From Pseudobdellovibrionaceae bacterium (GTDB lineage Bacteria; Bdellovibrionota; Bdellovibrionia; Bdellovibrionales; Bdellovibrionaceae): DNA of 16,866 bases. The translations under genes and the position numbers were made by a program. How positions within the stretch are numbered: the stretch's first letter is position 1; each line of letters opens with the position of its first letter. A model generated the notes under the pieces. It did no database searches. It saw only the letters and a list, made by a program, of their open reading frames with translations, and was not told the DNA's origin. Below, piece after piece: positions 10,501 through 16,745 of the stretch. The stretch is taken from the NCBI GenBank assembly GCA_039810425.1, contig JBDHWW010000059.1:1-16866 (forward strand), written 5' to 3'.

Positions 10501-10668
10501 AAACCAATGGCGATCTGCTTGATCGGTGGTGTCCTGGTATCGACAGGTCTGACCTTGTTCGTAGTTCCCTGCTTCTACTTGATCATGGATAAATTTAGAA
10601 AACGCGACGAAGTCCGCGCCAAAACAAAAGAAGCCTTCATCGCCGTCGGCGACGAAAATCTGGCGTAA
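7516..10668 (+). CDS. RND efflux transporter permease (AcrB/AcrD/AcrF family)
   Basis: 1050 aa; SIRNPV, LP.VDFP, GIVVDDAIMVLENI, LASQFNS..DP, KKNSILL and RLRPIIMT motifs with proton-relay residues intact. Confidence 0.96.
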   Translation: MKLSDLSIRNPVFAWMLMFGLIGFGLISYSRMGLSQLPDVDFPTVTVSLSLAGAAPEVMETQVVDVVESALMTVEGVQRITSTSKSGAATVTVEFDLDRNIDIALQDVQAKVAAAQRRLPDELDPPTISKTNPEDQPILWLALTYDKGDSEFLMKYAKDYLRDRLTTVEGVGELTLGGYTDPVMRVHVRPKDLIRYNISVNDVIDAVKNEHSELPGGYLENDKKYFNVRTMGEAKTVDEFKSIVISSRGGKAVQDPTNMVRLSQVADVSMGLDDVRRFSRFNGTPALGLGIKKQRGTNAVAVGRGVKERARELESQLPEGMKLAVNYDSTIFIENSVRELVKHLGLAVILTSIVCWIFLGSWSATFNVLLSIPTSLLGAFIGLYFLGYTLNTFTLLGLTLAIGIVVDDAIMVLENIFRYNEQGRGKIESAIIGAREITFAAIAATAAVVAIFLPVAFMKGIIGKFFMQFGVTISIAVVLSLLESLTITPMRCASFVHVGHRTTRLGRAFELLMDKTVHWYAGALKFCLRHPKKILIASLVFVAASFTVLRNLNKEMSPAQDMSMFMARLMLPVGTSLAYTNQQAQTAEKYLQSRPEILKVYSVIGGFGGGSSSDSNQIMMMVSLKPKGQRGIDKEAGHELSQAEFMQVARKILAKIPDVRPVLMDMSMRGFSSGRGFPVEFTVLGSDWDQLAKSADEIMEGMTQSGLMVDVDSDYLLGMPEIQIVPDRVGAAHRGIRVAAIGNSVNALIGGVKVGEYPEGGHRYDIKVKLNSQLPPQQELRSLMINNALGNLIPITQVTSERTEKSLQSISRSNRQRAITVSANLKTGVSQQAAMAKVEEIAKHVLKPGYMIAQGGNAKSFQESFQSLIFALVLGLFVAYMVLASQFNSFIDPVTILMALPFSFSGAFFGLWVTGQSLNMYSMIGLLLLMGIVKKNSILLIEFTNTVRDRGVDKAFDALVEACPIRLRPIIMTSAATIAAAIPSALAAGEGSETMKPMAICLIGGVLVSTGLTLFVVPCFYLIMDKFRKRDEVRAKTKEAFIAVGDENLA

Positions 10669-10685
10669 CCCGAAAAGAAAGTGAA

Positions 10686-11033
10686 TAGATCAATTTCTAA
10701 AGCATGTTTTGAGCGACGTTGCTTTTGGTTTTTGGGATCACGATACTCACAGCAGGCCTGAGCTCGCTGCCAAATTTGCCTCTTGATATGGGCGCGAATG
10801 TATTTTCTATACGGAGCCCGTTTTACCTGCGGCGCCGATGGTAGTGGTGCGGCAATGAGGTGGTTTCAAATTTTTGGTAGTCGCAACCTAACAAGGCCGA
10901 CAAACAGCCTGCGGAGAGCAGTTCGCGTGGATTGAAGCGCGCACGAAAAAAATTACGAAAACCAACGTCAAACGAAAAATCGGTAACGATGATATTAACG
11001 CAGGACTACCTTCGGCGGCGGAGGCGAAGTCAT
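10686..11033 (-). pseudogene. Decayed HNH endonuclease fragment
   Basis: Manual translation of 10817->10686: APYRKYIRAHIKRQIWQRAQACCEYRDPKNQKQRRSKHALEIDL. This fits the HNH pattern R.I...KR.VW.R...C.Y.D......C.S...LE.DH with the second Cys and the His lost; upstream Pro-rich linker pieces (TSPPPPKV, LPSAPQVK) are broken by stops. Confidence 0.6.
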
Positions 11034-11117
11034 TTGATCACTGCAATGTTGATGAAGGGTTGGTTAGAAAACATTAACCTATTGACCGAAATCAATCTCA
11101 ATTGGACCATCGAGTGT

Positions 11118-11765
11118 ATGACCCGCCTACTAATTTTATTTTCATTAGTGCTACCCTTCTCGGCAGCTAAATCCGTTCAAGAGGACCTCAAGGCTGTAGA
11201 AGTCGTATTCGTGCAGGACCTACCTAAGGAAGAACTCAGCGAGAAGTGCGATGTACAGGAGAAACAAATTTGTGGCGCTAAGAGCTCATTAGACTGTTCA
11301 TTTGATCGAAGGGTTTGTATGCACACGGACATGAAAAATCCACCCAAGCCGATTCGGCCTTTCATGGGAAAGAAGTTGGAATGTGATTGGGAAGAAAACC
11401 GGCAAGGGGAAGAGGCAACATCGGAAACCATACGAGCGGTGGTTCAATATGCATCGAGGGGAATTCCAGAGCCATCTTTCCACGTCAAATTCCAATCAAC
11501 AAATGATAATGATTATGACGGTCGTGAAGTTGGTTTCGGAGGTTATTGGGTCAAAAGGCGCTCGAAAGAAGGTCTTACCATCTATGAAATCCACACGGAC
11601 AAAACAGTCGCTGGCGGCAGGTGTAATAGTAAATTTATTTATGATGTTACCAAGTCGCTCATAATTCGTGAAAATAGTTTCGAGATCCGCTCTGATTTTA
11701 AATGTTCACATCTGTTATTTTTTAAGAAGCCTTATTTCACCCGGTTGTCTTGTCGGCCGCTCTGA
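11118..11765 (+). CDS. Secreted Cys-rich hypothetical protein (215 aa)
   Basis: Start re-assigned to ATG 11118 (signal-like MTRLLILFSLVLPFSAA); 8 Cys; the upstream in-frame extension overlaps the HNH remnant. Confidence 0.65.
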   Translation: MTRLLILFSLVLPFSAAKSVQEDLKAVEVVFVQDLPKEELSEKCDVQEKQICGAKSSLDCSFDRRVCMHTDMKNPPKPIRPFMGKKLECDWEENRQGEEATSETIRAVVQYASRGIPEPSFHVKFQSTNDNDYDGREVGFGGYWVKRRSKEGLTIYEIHTDKTVAGGRCNSKFIYDVTKSLIIRENSFEIRSDFKCSHLLFFKKPYFTRLSCRPL

Positions 11766-11812
11766 ATTCACTTGTTTGAAGGAAAATAGTCGTTCGGCAA
11801 AACAAAGCATAG

Positions 11813-11844
11813 CCGATCCGAATCACCTCAGGTGATTCGGTCGG
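11813..11844. terminator. Strong hairpin downstream of the Cys-rich gene (possible terminator)
   Basis: CCGA-T-CCGAATCACC-TCA-GGTGATTCGG-TCGG; no clear U tract. Confidence 0.35.
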
Positions 11845-12029
11845 TAAACTTGCTTCTAGATCTGCTACTCAAAACATCTGAGTTTTGAAACAGCCATTTT
11901 TTCTATCTGCCGCTCTGAAGTCCGCTGCGCTACTTCTGCCCATATAGGGACTTACCACTTTTGCACAGTTTTATGATCGGAGATCTCACACTCCTGGCGG
12001 GGTGTTCCGCTCGAGTCTTCTGGCCTTCG

Positions 12030-12078
12030 TTAGCCAGAGTCTGTGGGGTAGGGACGGGGGCTTAGCTTGGGTAACATA
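12030..12078 (+). repeat. 49-bp exact direct repeat, copy 1
   Basis: TTAGCCAGAGTCTGTGGGGTAGGGACGGGGGCTTAGCTTGGGTAACATA, identical to 16746-16794; flanks differ on both sides. Confidence 0.97.
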
Positions 12079-12086
12079 ATAGCTTC

Positions 12087-12952
12087 TTAGCGGTAGAGTG
12101 GGGGATTTAGGGTATCAATGATACTTTCGAATGCAGCCAAAACGCGGTTTGTTCCTCTTAAGCCTAAAGTTCCGATCACGCGCTCCGTTCTTGCGTTGCC
12201 AGTGGGCCTTCCGATGCCGCTCAGCCAAAGTTTCAAGCCCTGGATCTCGACGTTGTGCTTTGTGTACTTCGAAGCATTGGCGCTGCCATGGTCGGCAACA
12301 ACAATCGGTTTCAGTACCCCTTTAGGCAACAAGTCGAGTCGCTCGGTTGCAACAGCATCGGTCACCAGCGCCACTACTTGCAGTTTTGTAATCTGTGGGT
12401 GAAGTCCCCACGACAAAATCTTTCGCGAATACCAATCAAGCAGCACGAGTAAAAACATGAACTTTCCGTCAACTGTGACCCACGTCCAATCCATTCCCCA
12501 TAGCAGGTTCTTACGCCACGGCTCATTTAGCAACATGTCGGCCGGTTCAATCACTGGCTTTGACGGCTTCCGCTCAAATGGGTGATTCAGTCCGTGCTTT
12601 TTCATGATCTCAGCGACTTTCGTTTTACCTATGAAAACTGTCGCTCTTTTCTCAAGTTGGTATGCCACACGCCGGCAGTGCCACGACGGATTCTTCTTCA
12701 CCATCGTGACAACACGCTTTTCTTCAAGCGGCGTCACTTTGTTTCTGCCGCCACCACCGCCGTGGTTTGGACTCAAACCATTCTTTTTCCACCGGTAGTA
12801 CGATCTCGGATGGATTTGCAAATGCCCACAAATCGTCGCCACTGTCTCGGTCGCTCGCGCACCGTCAATGAACTCACGAAGTGTCTCGCGTTGAACCTTG
12901 GTCAAATGGCGGCCATATAGAGGCCCCTCTAGACCGAGCGATTCTTTTTTTT
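12087..12952 (-). pseudogene. IS3 transposase OrfB (rve/DDE), truncated and fused to a foreign tail
   Basis: WGMDWTW, LLDWYSRKILSW, ADHGS and GNARTERVIGTL; the expected C-terminal YN..R.H..L segment is replaced by GLRGTNRVLAAFESIIDTLNPPLYR. Confidence 0.85.
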
Positions 12953-13255
12953 CATCGCCTGAAGTTCGATCGAGGTTTCGAGCAGCGCCTGAGACAGATG
13001 CTCGGTCTCGAGTTTCATTTCTAAAATCACCGGATCTGCTTTCGGCTTCGGACCTCGTTTGATGTCCTTCAGCCCCGCAATCCCGCTGTGAACAAACTTC
13101 TGCTTCCAACGCGATAATTGCGCCGGTGCGATGTTCTCGCGGCGGCACACTTCGCTTGCGCCCACGCGCTCGGCCTCTAGTACCAGCTCCGCCATCTTTT
13201 CCGCAGACCGACGGTTGCGCTTCTTCTTTTCTACTTTCGAACTTTCCTGACCCAT
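12929..13255 (-). CDS. IS3 transposase OrfA (HTH)
   Basis: SAEKMAELVLEA..VGASEVCRRENI....LSRWKQKF followed by a coiled coil; ends at a slippery A-run. Confidence 0.85.
   Translation of the reverse strand: MGQESSKVEKKKRNRRSAEKMAELVLEAERVGASEVCRRENIAPAQLSRWKQKFVHSGIAGLKDIKRGPKPKADPVILEMKLETEHLSQALLETSIELQAMKKKNRSV
12944..12952 (-). other. -1 programmed frameshift signal (A8G) of IS3-a
   Basis: ATGAAAAAAAAGAAT in the orfA/orfB overlap; orfB lies in the -1 frame. Confidence 0.75.
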
Positions 13256-13478
13256 CGTGGACCCCTTCTAACATGGTTGTTCTCCTTCGAGAACAGGGGC
13301 CACTTTCCAGATTTCAACAGCTTACAGCTGAAATCCGCACACTCTATTGACTTAAATTATCTCGCTCTTTGTGACGAACGAGCCCGGACAGCACAGTTAG
13401 GGCTGCAGAAAAGATTGGTGCTTCTGAAGCGTTCGTTCGACAAAATGCTAAAGTGCGACCTTGATATAAAAATGTAGG

Positions 13479-13841
13479 TTATTTTCCAACAACCTTTTGA
13501 AGCTGGTCGACAACAAATTTATTCAAGCTTTTGTAGCCTTCCTCGTGGGATTTACGAATGAGTTGCTGATGAAGTTCGGGATTACTTCTCACAAGAAAGT
13601 CTCCACTCGCTTTAATTTTCGCAATGGGCTCTGGAATTCCTTGTTTTTGAGATACTAAAACTTCAAGTTGCCCCTCAACAGCTTCGTGGGCCATTTCTAA
13701 AGCTTCAGCAGGAGAATCTCCGTGAGTCATGCAGCCTGTGAGTTCTGTTACGGAAACAACATAAGCTTGATCTTCATCTGAGAAGTGAATGTTGTAAGAG
13801 TAATAGGGAATCAGATCCTTAATCTTTTTAGGTAATGCCAT
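13479..13841 (-). CDS. hicB: HicB-family antitoxin (120 aa, C-terminal ribbon-helix-helix)
   Basis: YVVSVTELTGCMTHGDSPAEALEMA.EA, SGDFLVR..PELH and SLNKFVV motifs; ATG 13841 overlaps the hicA stop (TAATG), with GGAGG RBS. Confidence 0.92.
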   Translation of the reverse strand: MALPKKIKDLIPYYSYNIHFSDEDQAYVVSVTELTGCMTHGDSPAEALEMAHEAVEGQLEVLVSQKQGIPEPIAKIKASGDFLVRSNPELHQQLIRKSHEEGYKSLNKFVVDQLQKVVGK

Positions 13842-14059
13842 TATTCCTCCACTGCTTTTAAAACCTGTTTTATCTGATACGGTTTTAAGTCTTTTGAGTG
13901 AGTTGCCAAAGTTATAACTTTGCCGTTTTTCAACCACTGCTCATGAGATCCCTTTTGTCGAGCCAGTACCCAGCCTAGCTGTCCTAGCAGAGTCCTCAAT
14001 TCCTGAGCTGAGATCGATCCATTTTTTAACTTTGCTAATAGCTTATCGGCTTTACTCAC
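13841..14059 (-). CDS. hicA: HicA-family mRNase toxin
   Basis: 72 aa, basic; LG.LGW...RQKGSH and LKPYQIKQV motifs; directly upstream of hicB. Confidence 0.92.
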   Translation of the reverse strand: MSKADKLLAKLKNGSISAQELRTLLGQLGWVLARQKGSHEQWLKNGKVITLATHSKDLKPYQIKQVLKAVEE

Positions 14060-14061
14060 AT

Positions 14062-14094
14062 AAACATGATATCAAAAGTGATATCATGTTTCAA
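14062..14094 (-). promoter_or_regulatory. hicAB sigma70-type promoter overlapped by a palindromic operator
   Basis: -35 TTGAAA (14094-14089), 17 bp, TG-n-TATCAT (14071-14066); perfect 13-bp inverted repeat AAACATGATATCA-N4-TGATATCATGTTT (14062-14091). Confidence 0.8.
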
Positions 14095-14252
14095 CTTCAA
14101 ATTTCGTCTCAAAACGAGAAAATATAGTCGAAGATAGCTAAGGCATTGAAAGTACTGAGTTCTAAGGTCAAATCGAAAACCTATTGGTGGCAGCTTACTT
14201 GCATTTCAAATCAGTTTAATAGTTTTGACACCAAATAAAGGATTCAAGTCTT

Positions 14253-14933
14253 ATGAAAGTAACAATGACCTCTATTCTAATGACGTTTTCAGGGCTGCTG
14301 TTGATTTCATCGACAACTATTGCATCTGGACAAGGGCAAGATGGACAAGCAGGTCCAGTCGGGCAAGTTGGACGCAATGGCCAGAGTGGAAAGATCGGCA
14401 TCAATTGGACTCCGGTAGATCCAAATCCAGAATACTTTTTTTATATTCCAATTAAATCTGGAGACGTCGAAGCTTTCCAAAAAGTTTTAGCTGGGGGAGC
14501 AAAAATCAATTGGCCGATGAGCAATATCGTGGGCCGTCCAACAGCTTTTGAAGTCGCTATGGAATCAAGATGGATCGAAGGTCTAAGAATCATGTTTCAA
14601 AACCCAGATCCAAAAAATAAACCGAGAACGTACGTTCAAGTTAAGACTGACAAAAATGTCTCTGTAAATATTTATGAATTTCTAACGTTAGGTGAAAAGT
14701 TAAACTCTGTCGGTGAATTGACAACTACAAGCTTTGCAGTGCGTACAGAAAACTTAGAAATTCTAAAAATGATGGTGGATGCCGAGACTGATTTAGAATG
14801 GCTTACCAGAGCGACTGAAAAGGTTTTGCCAACATTGACAGCAAATACTAATGGCTATGCGACATACCCTAATAATGTTGAAGCTAGAAAAGTTATTGAA
14901 AGTAAAATCGCTGAGCTCGGCGCAAAAAAATAG
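14253..14933 (+). CDS. Secreted protein with short Gly-X-Y linker and degenerate ankyrin-like repeats
   Basis: Signal peptide; GQDGQAGPVGQVGRNGQSGKIG; IKSGDVEAFQKVLAGGAKIN, GRPTAFEVA, FAVRTENLEILKMMVDA and KIAELGAK segments. Confidence 0.7.
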   Translation: MKVTMTSILMTFSGLLLISSTTIASGQGQDGQAGPVGQVGRNGQSGKIGINWTPVDPNPEYFFYIPIKSGDVEAFQKVLAGGAKINWPMSNIVGRPTAFEVAMESRWIEGLRIMFQNPDPKNKPRTYVQVKTDKNVSVNIYEFLTLGEKLNSVGELTTTSFAVRTENLEILKMMVDAETDLEWLTRATEKVLPTLTANTNGYATYPNNVEARKVIESKIAELGAKK

Positions 14934-14962
14934 TCGGCTGGCGATCGCCAGTGGCGAATATC

Positions 14963-15243
14963 TGGAGTGCGGTCACTTTCTTGGAGTCGAACAGCTTAAC
15001 GCGTTCGACGTGCGGCTGACGGTTTGATCTCTTAGTTCAAATCGTTCTTCTGTTCAAATTCTTCCGGCGGCAAATACCCGAGACTCGAGTGAAGCCGCTT
15101 CTTGTTATAAACGTCTTCGATGAACACCGGCAACCGCTCGACCACGTCGAGCATCGTGTTGTAGCCGAACATGTAAATCTCATCGTACTTCAACGTCTTC
15201 ATGAACGACTCAGTCCAAGCATTGTCGTACGGATTTCCTTTTC
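14963..15243 (-). mobile_element. IS3-family 3' remnant (IS3-b): OrfB C-terminus plus probable IRR
   Basis: Manual translation 15243->15032: KGNPYDNAWTESFMKTLKYDEIYMFGYNTMLDVVERLPVFIEDVYNKKRLHSSLGYLPPEEFEQKNDLN*; probable end TGGAGTGC at 14963. Confidence 0.85.
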
Positions 15244-15261
15244 CCCCTGTTTCAGGAAAGA

Positions 15262-16745
15262 TGTCGCCTCGGTTTGAAATTTCAGGGGGCGAGATCTGAG
15301 AGTTAAGTGAGAGCGCGTCAAAGTTATTCGAGAGAGTTCAAGGAAGCGATCGTCGCCAAGATCGTGAGTCGAGGGAATCAGACGATCGAAGAGATCTGTG
15401 AGCGAGAGGGCGTCGGCCTATCCACTGCTGCCAATTGGCTCCGGGCTCGTGCTAATGTGGCCGTTATGGCGAAGCAAAAGACAGCGAAGAAGTGGACACC
15501 TGAAGAAAAACTCAAAGCGATTATCGAGACCTCGGCAATGAGCGAAGAGGAACTCGGCGCATTCCTGCGTCGCGAGGGCCTCCACAGCCAACAGCTTCAG
15601 GAGTGGCGCGAGGAAGTTCTCAAGGGCCTTCAGTCCGCGCCGCGCAAGCCGCAGTCCAAGAAGGATGAACGCGATGAGAAAATCAAAGATCTCGAGCGCG
15701 AACTTCGCCGCAAGGACCAGGCTCTTGCCGAGGCGTCGGCGCTTTTGATCCTTCAAAAAAAAATCGACCTGATCTGGGGAAAAAAAGGCGAGGACGAAAA
15801 ATGACGGGAGCCGACCGCGAGAATGTCTTGCGGCTTGTCGAGGAAACCGTCGCCGATGGCGCGACCCAGGAGAAGGCCTGCGAGTATCTCGGTGTTACCG
15901 AGAAGTCGATTCAGCGCTGGCGTCTAAAGCCCGTGCTGGACGACCAGCGGCGTGGACCGAAGACCACGCCCGCCAACAAGCTATCAAGTGACGAGCGAGC
16001 CAATCTGATCGCTGTGGCGACGAGCGCGGAGTTCCGTGATGTGAGTCCGCATCAGATCGTTCCGCGCCTAGCTGATCGCGGCGAGTATCTGGCCTCGGAA
16101 GCAACGATCTATCGCGTTTTAAGGGCTGAGAAGCTCATGGCACACCGAGGTCGCTCTAAACCCCGTGAAGTGGCAAGGCCGAGGGCTTATGAAGCGACAG
16201 GGCCATGTGAGCTGTTCAGTTGGGATATCACCTATCTGCGTAGCCAGATCGCCGGGCAGTTCTTTTACCTGTATCTGTTTTTGGACGTTTTCTCGCGTAA
16301 AATCGTCGGTTGGGAGGTGCACGATTGTGAATCGGCCGAGCACTCGTCGCGACTTCTCACGAAGATCTGCCTCGCCGAGGGCATCCAGAAAAACCAGATC
16401 GCGGTGCATGCCGATAACGGCGGACCAATGAAGGGTGCGACGATGCTGGTGACGATGCAGCGCCTGGGTGTTGTGCCGTCGTTCTCTCGCCCTTCAGTGA
16501 GCAACGACAATCCGTTCTCAGAGTCGATGTTCAAAACGCTGAAGTATTGCCCCCAGTATCCGTCGAAGCCGTTTGCCTCGATCGAGGATGCACAAGCGTG
16601 GGTGAGCGAGTTCATTCAGTGGTACAACACCGTTCACTTGCACTCGGCGATTGGCTTCACGACACCGGAATCGCGCCATCGCGGTGAAGACACGGAGATC
16701 CTCACCAAGCGCAAAGAGGTGTACGAGGCAGCTAAACAAAAGCAC
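15262..16745 (+). mobile_element. IS3-family element, 3'-truncated (IS3-c)
   Basis: Probable IRL TGTCGCCTCGGTTTGAAA at 15262; orfA/orfB with ATGA overlap; cut off at 16745 by the 49-bp repeat; no IRR. Confidence 0.88.
15307..15804 (+). CDS. IS3 transposase OrfA
   Basis: YSREFKEAIV, KWTPEEKL, FLRREGL...QL..WR, LERELRRKDQALAEASALLILQKK motifs; A9 run at 15755-15763 is a frameshift candidate. Confidence 0.9.
   Translation: MRARQSYSREFKEAIVAKIVSRGNQTIEEICEREGVGLSTAANWLRARANVAVMAKQKTAKKWTPEEKLKAIIETSAMSEEELGAFLRREGLHSQQLQEWREEVLKGLQSAPRKPQSKKDERDEKIKDLERELRRKDQALAEASALLILQKKIDLIWGKKGEDEK

Larger units (their letters stand above)
12165..13326 (-). mobile_element. IS3-family element, 3'-truncated (IS3-a)
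   Basis: Probable IRL TGTAAGCTGTTGAAATCTGGAAAGTGGCCCC starting at 13326; orfA/orfB organisation; homology ends at ...ERVIGTL; no matching IRR found. Confidence 0.85.

Noticed and set aside
1289..10592. Numerous antisense or alternate-frame ORFs (e.g. 1289..1819, 5545..6393, 7597..8148, 8493..8978)
   Set aside because: Fully overlapped by well-supported genes and lacking motifs; typical shadow ORFs.
10884..10960. ACCTAACAAG as the start of an attC
   Set aside because: No complementary GTTAGGT or L boxes downstream; it lies inside the HNH remnant.
10932..11117. 62-aa N-terminal extension of the Cys-rich gene
   Set aside because: TTG start, overlaps the HNH relic on the opposite strand, and a signal peptide begins at ATG 11118.
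11926..12029. Missing right end of IS3-a (TGCGCTACTTCTGCCCATATAGGGAC)
   Set aside because: It does not match the IS3-a IRL and orfB does not resume there; it might be the end of another IS, but this cannot be supported.
12061..12100. XerC/D dif-like site (minus strand TTATGTTACCC resembles the XerD arm)
   Set aside because: The partner arm needs a 7-bp spacer and lacks the ATAA of XerC arms, and copy 2 has no partner arm.
12029..12167. Integron attC site
   Set aside because: GTTAGCC and GGGTAAC occur in the reverse order to attC, there are no L boxes or long imperfect hairpin, and no intI is in the window.
12953..13274. N-terminal part of the 395-aa ORF as real protein
   Set aside because: It is the -1 frame shadow of orfA; true orfB is reached by the A8G frameshift.
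14938..14957. Overlapping palindromes CTGGCGATCGCCAG / TCGCCAGTGGCGA
   Set aside because: Single occurrence with no loop or U tract; no function can be supported.
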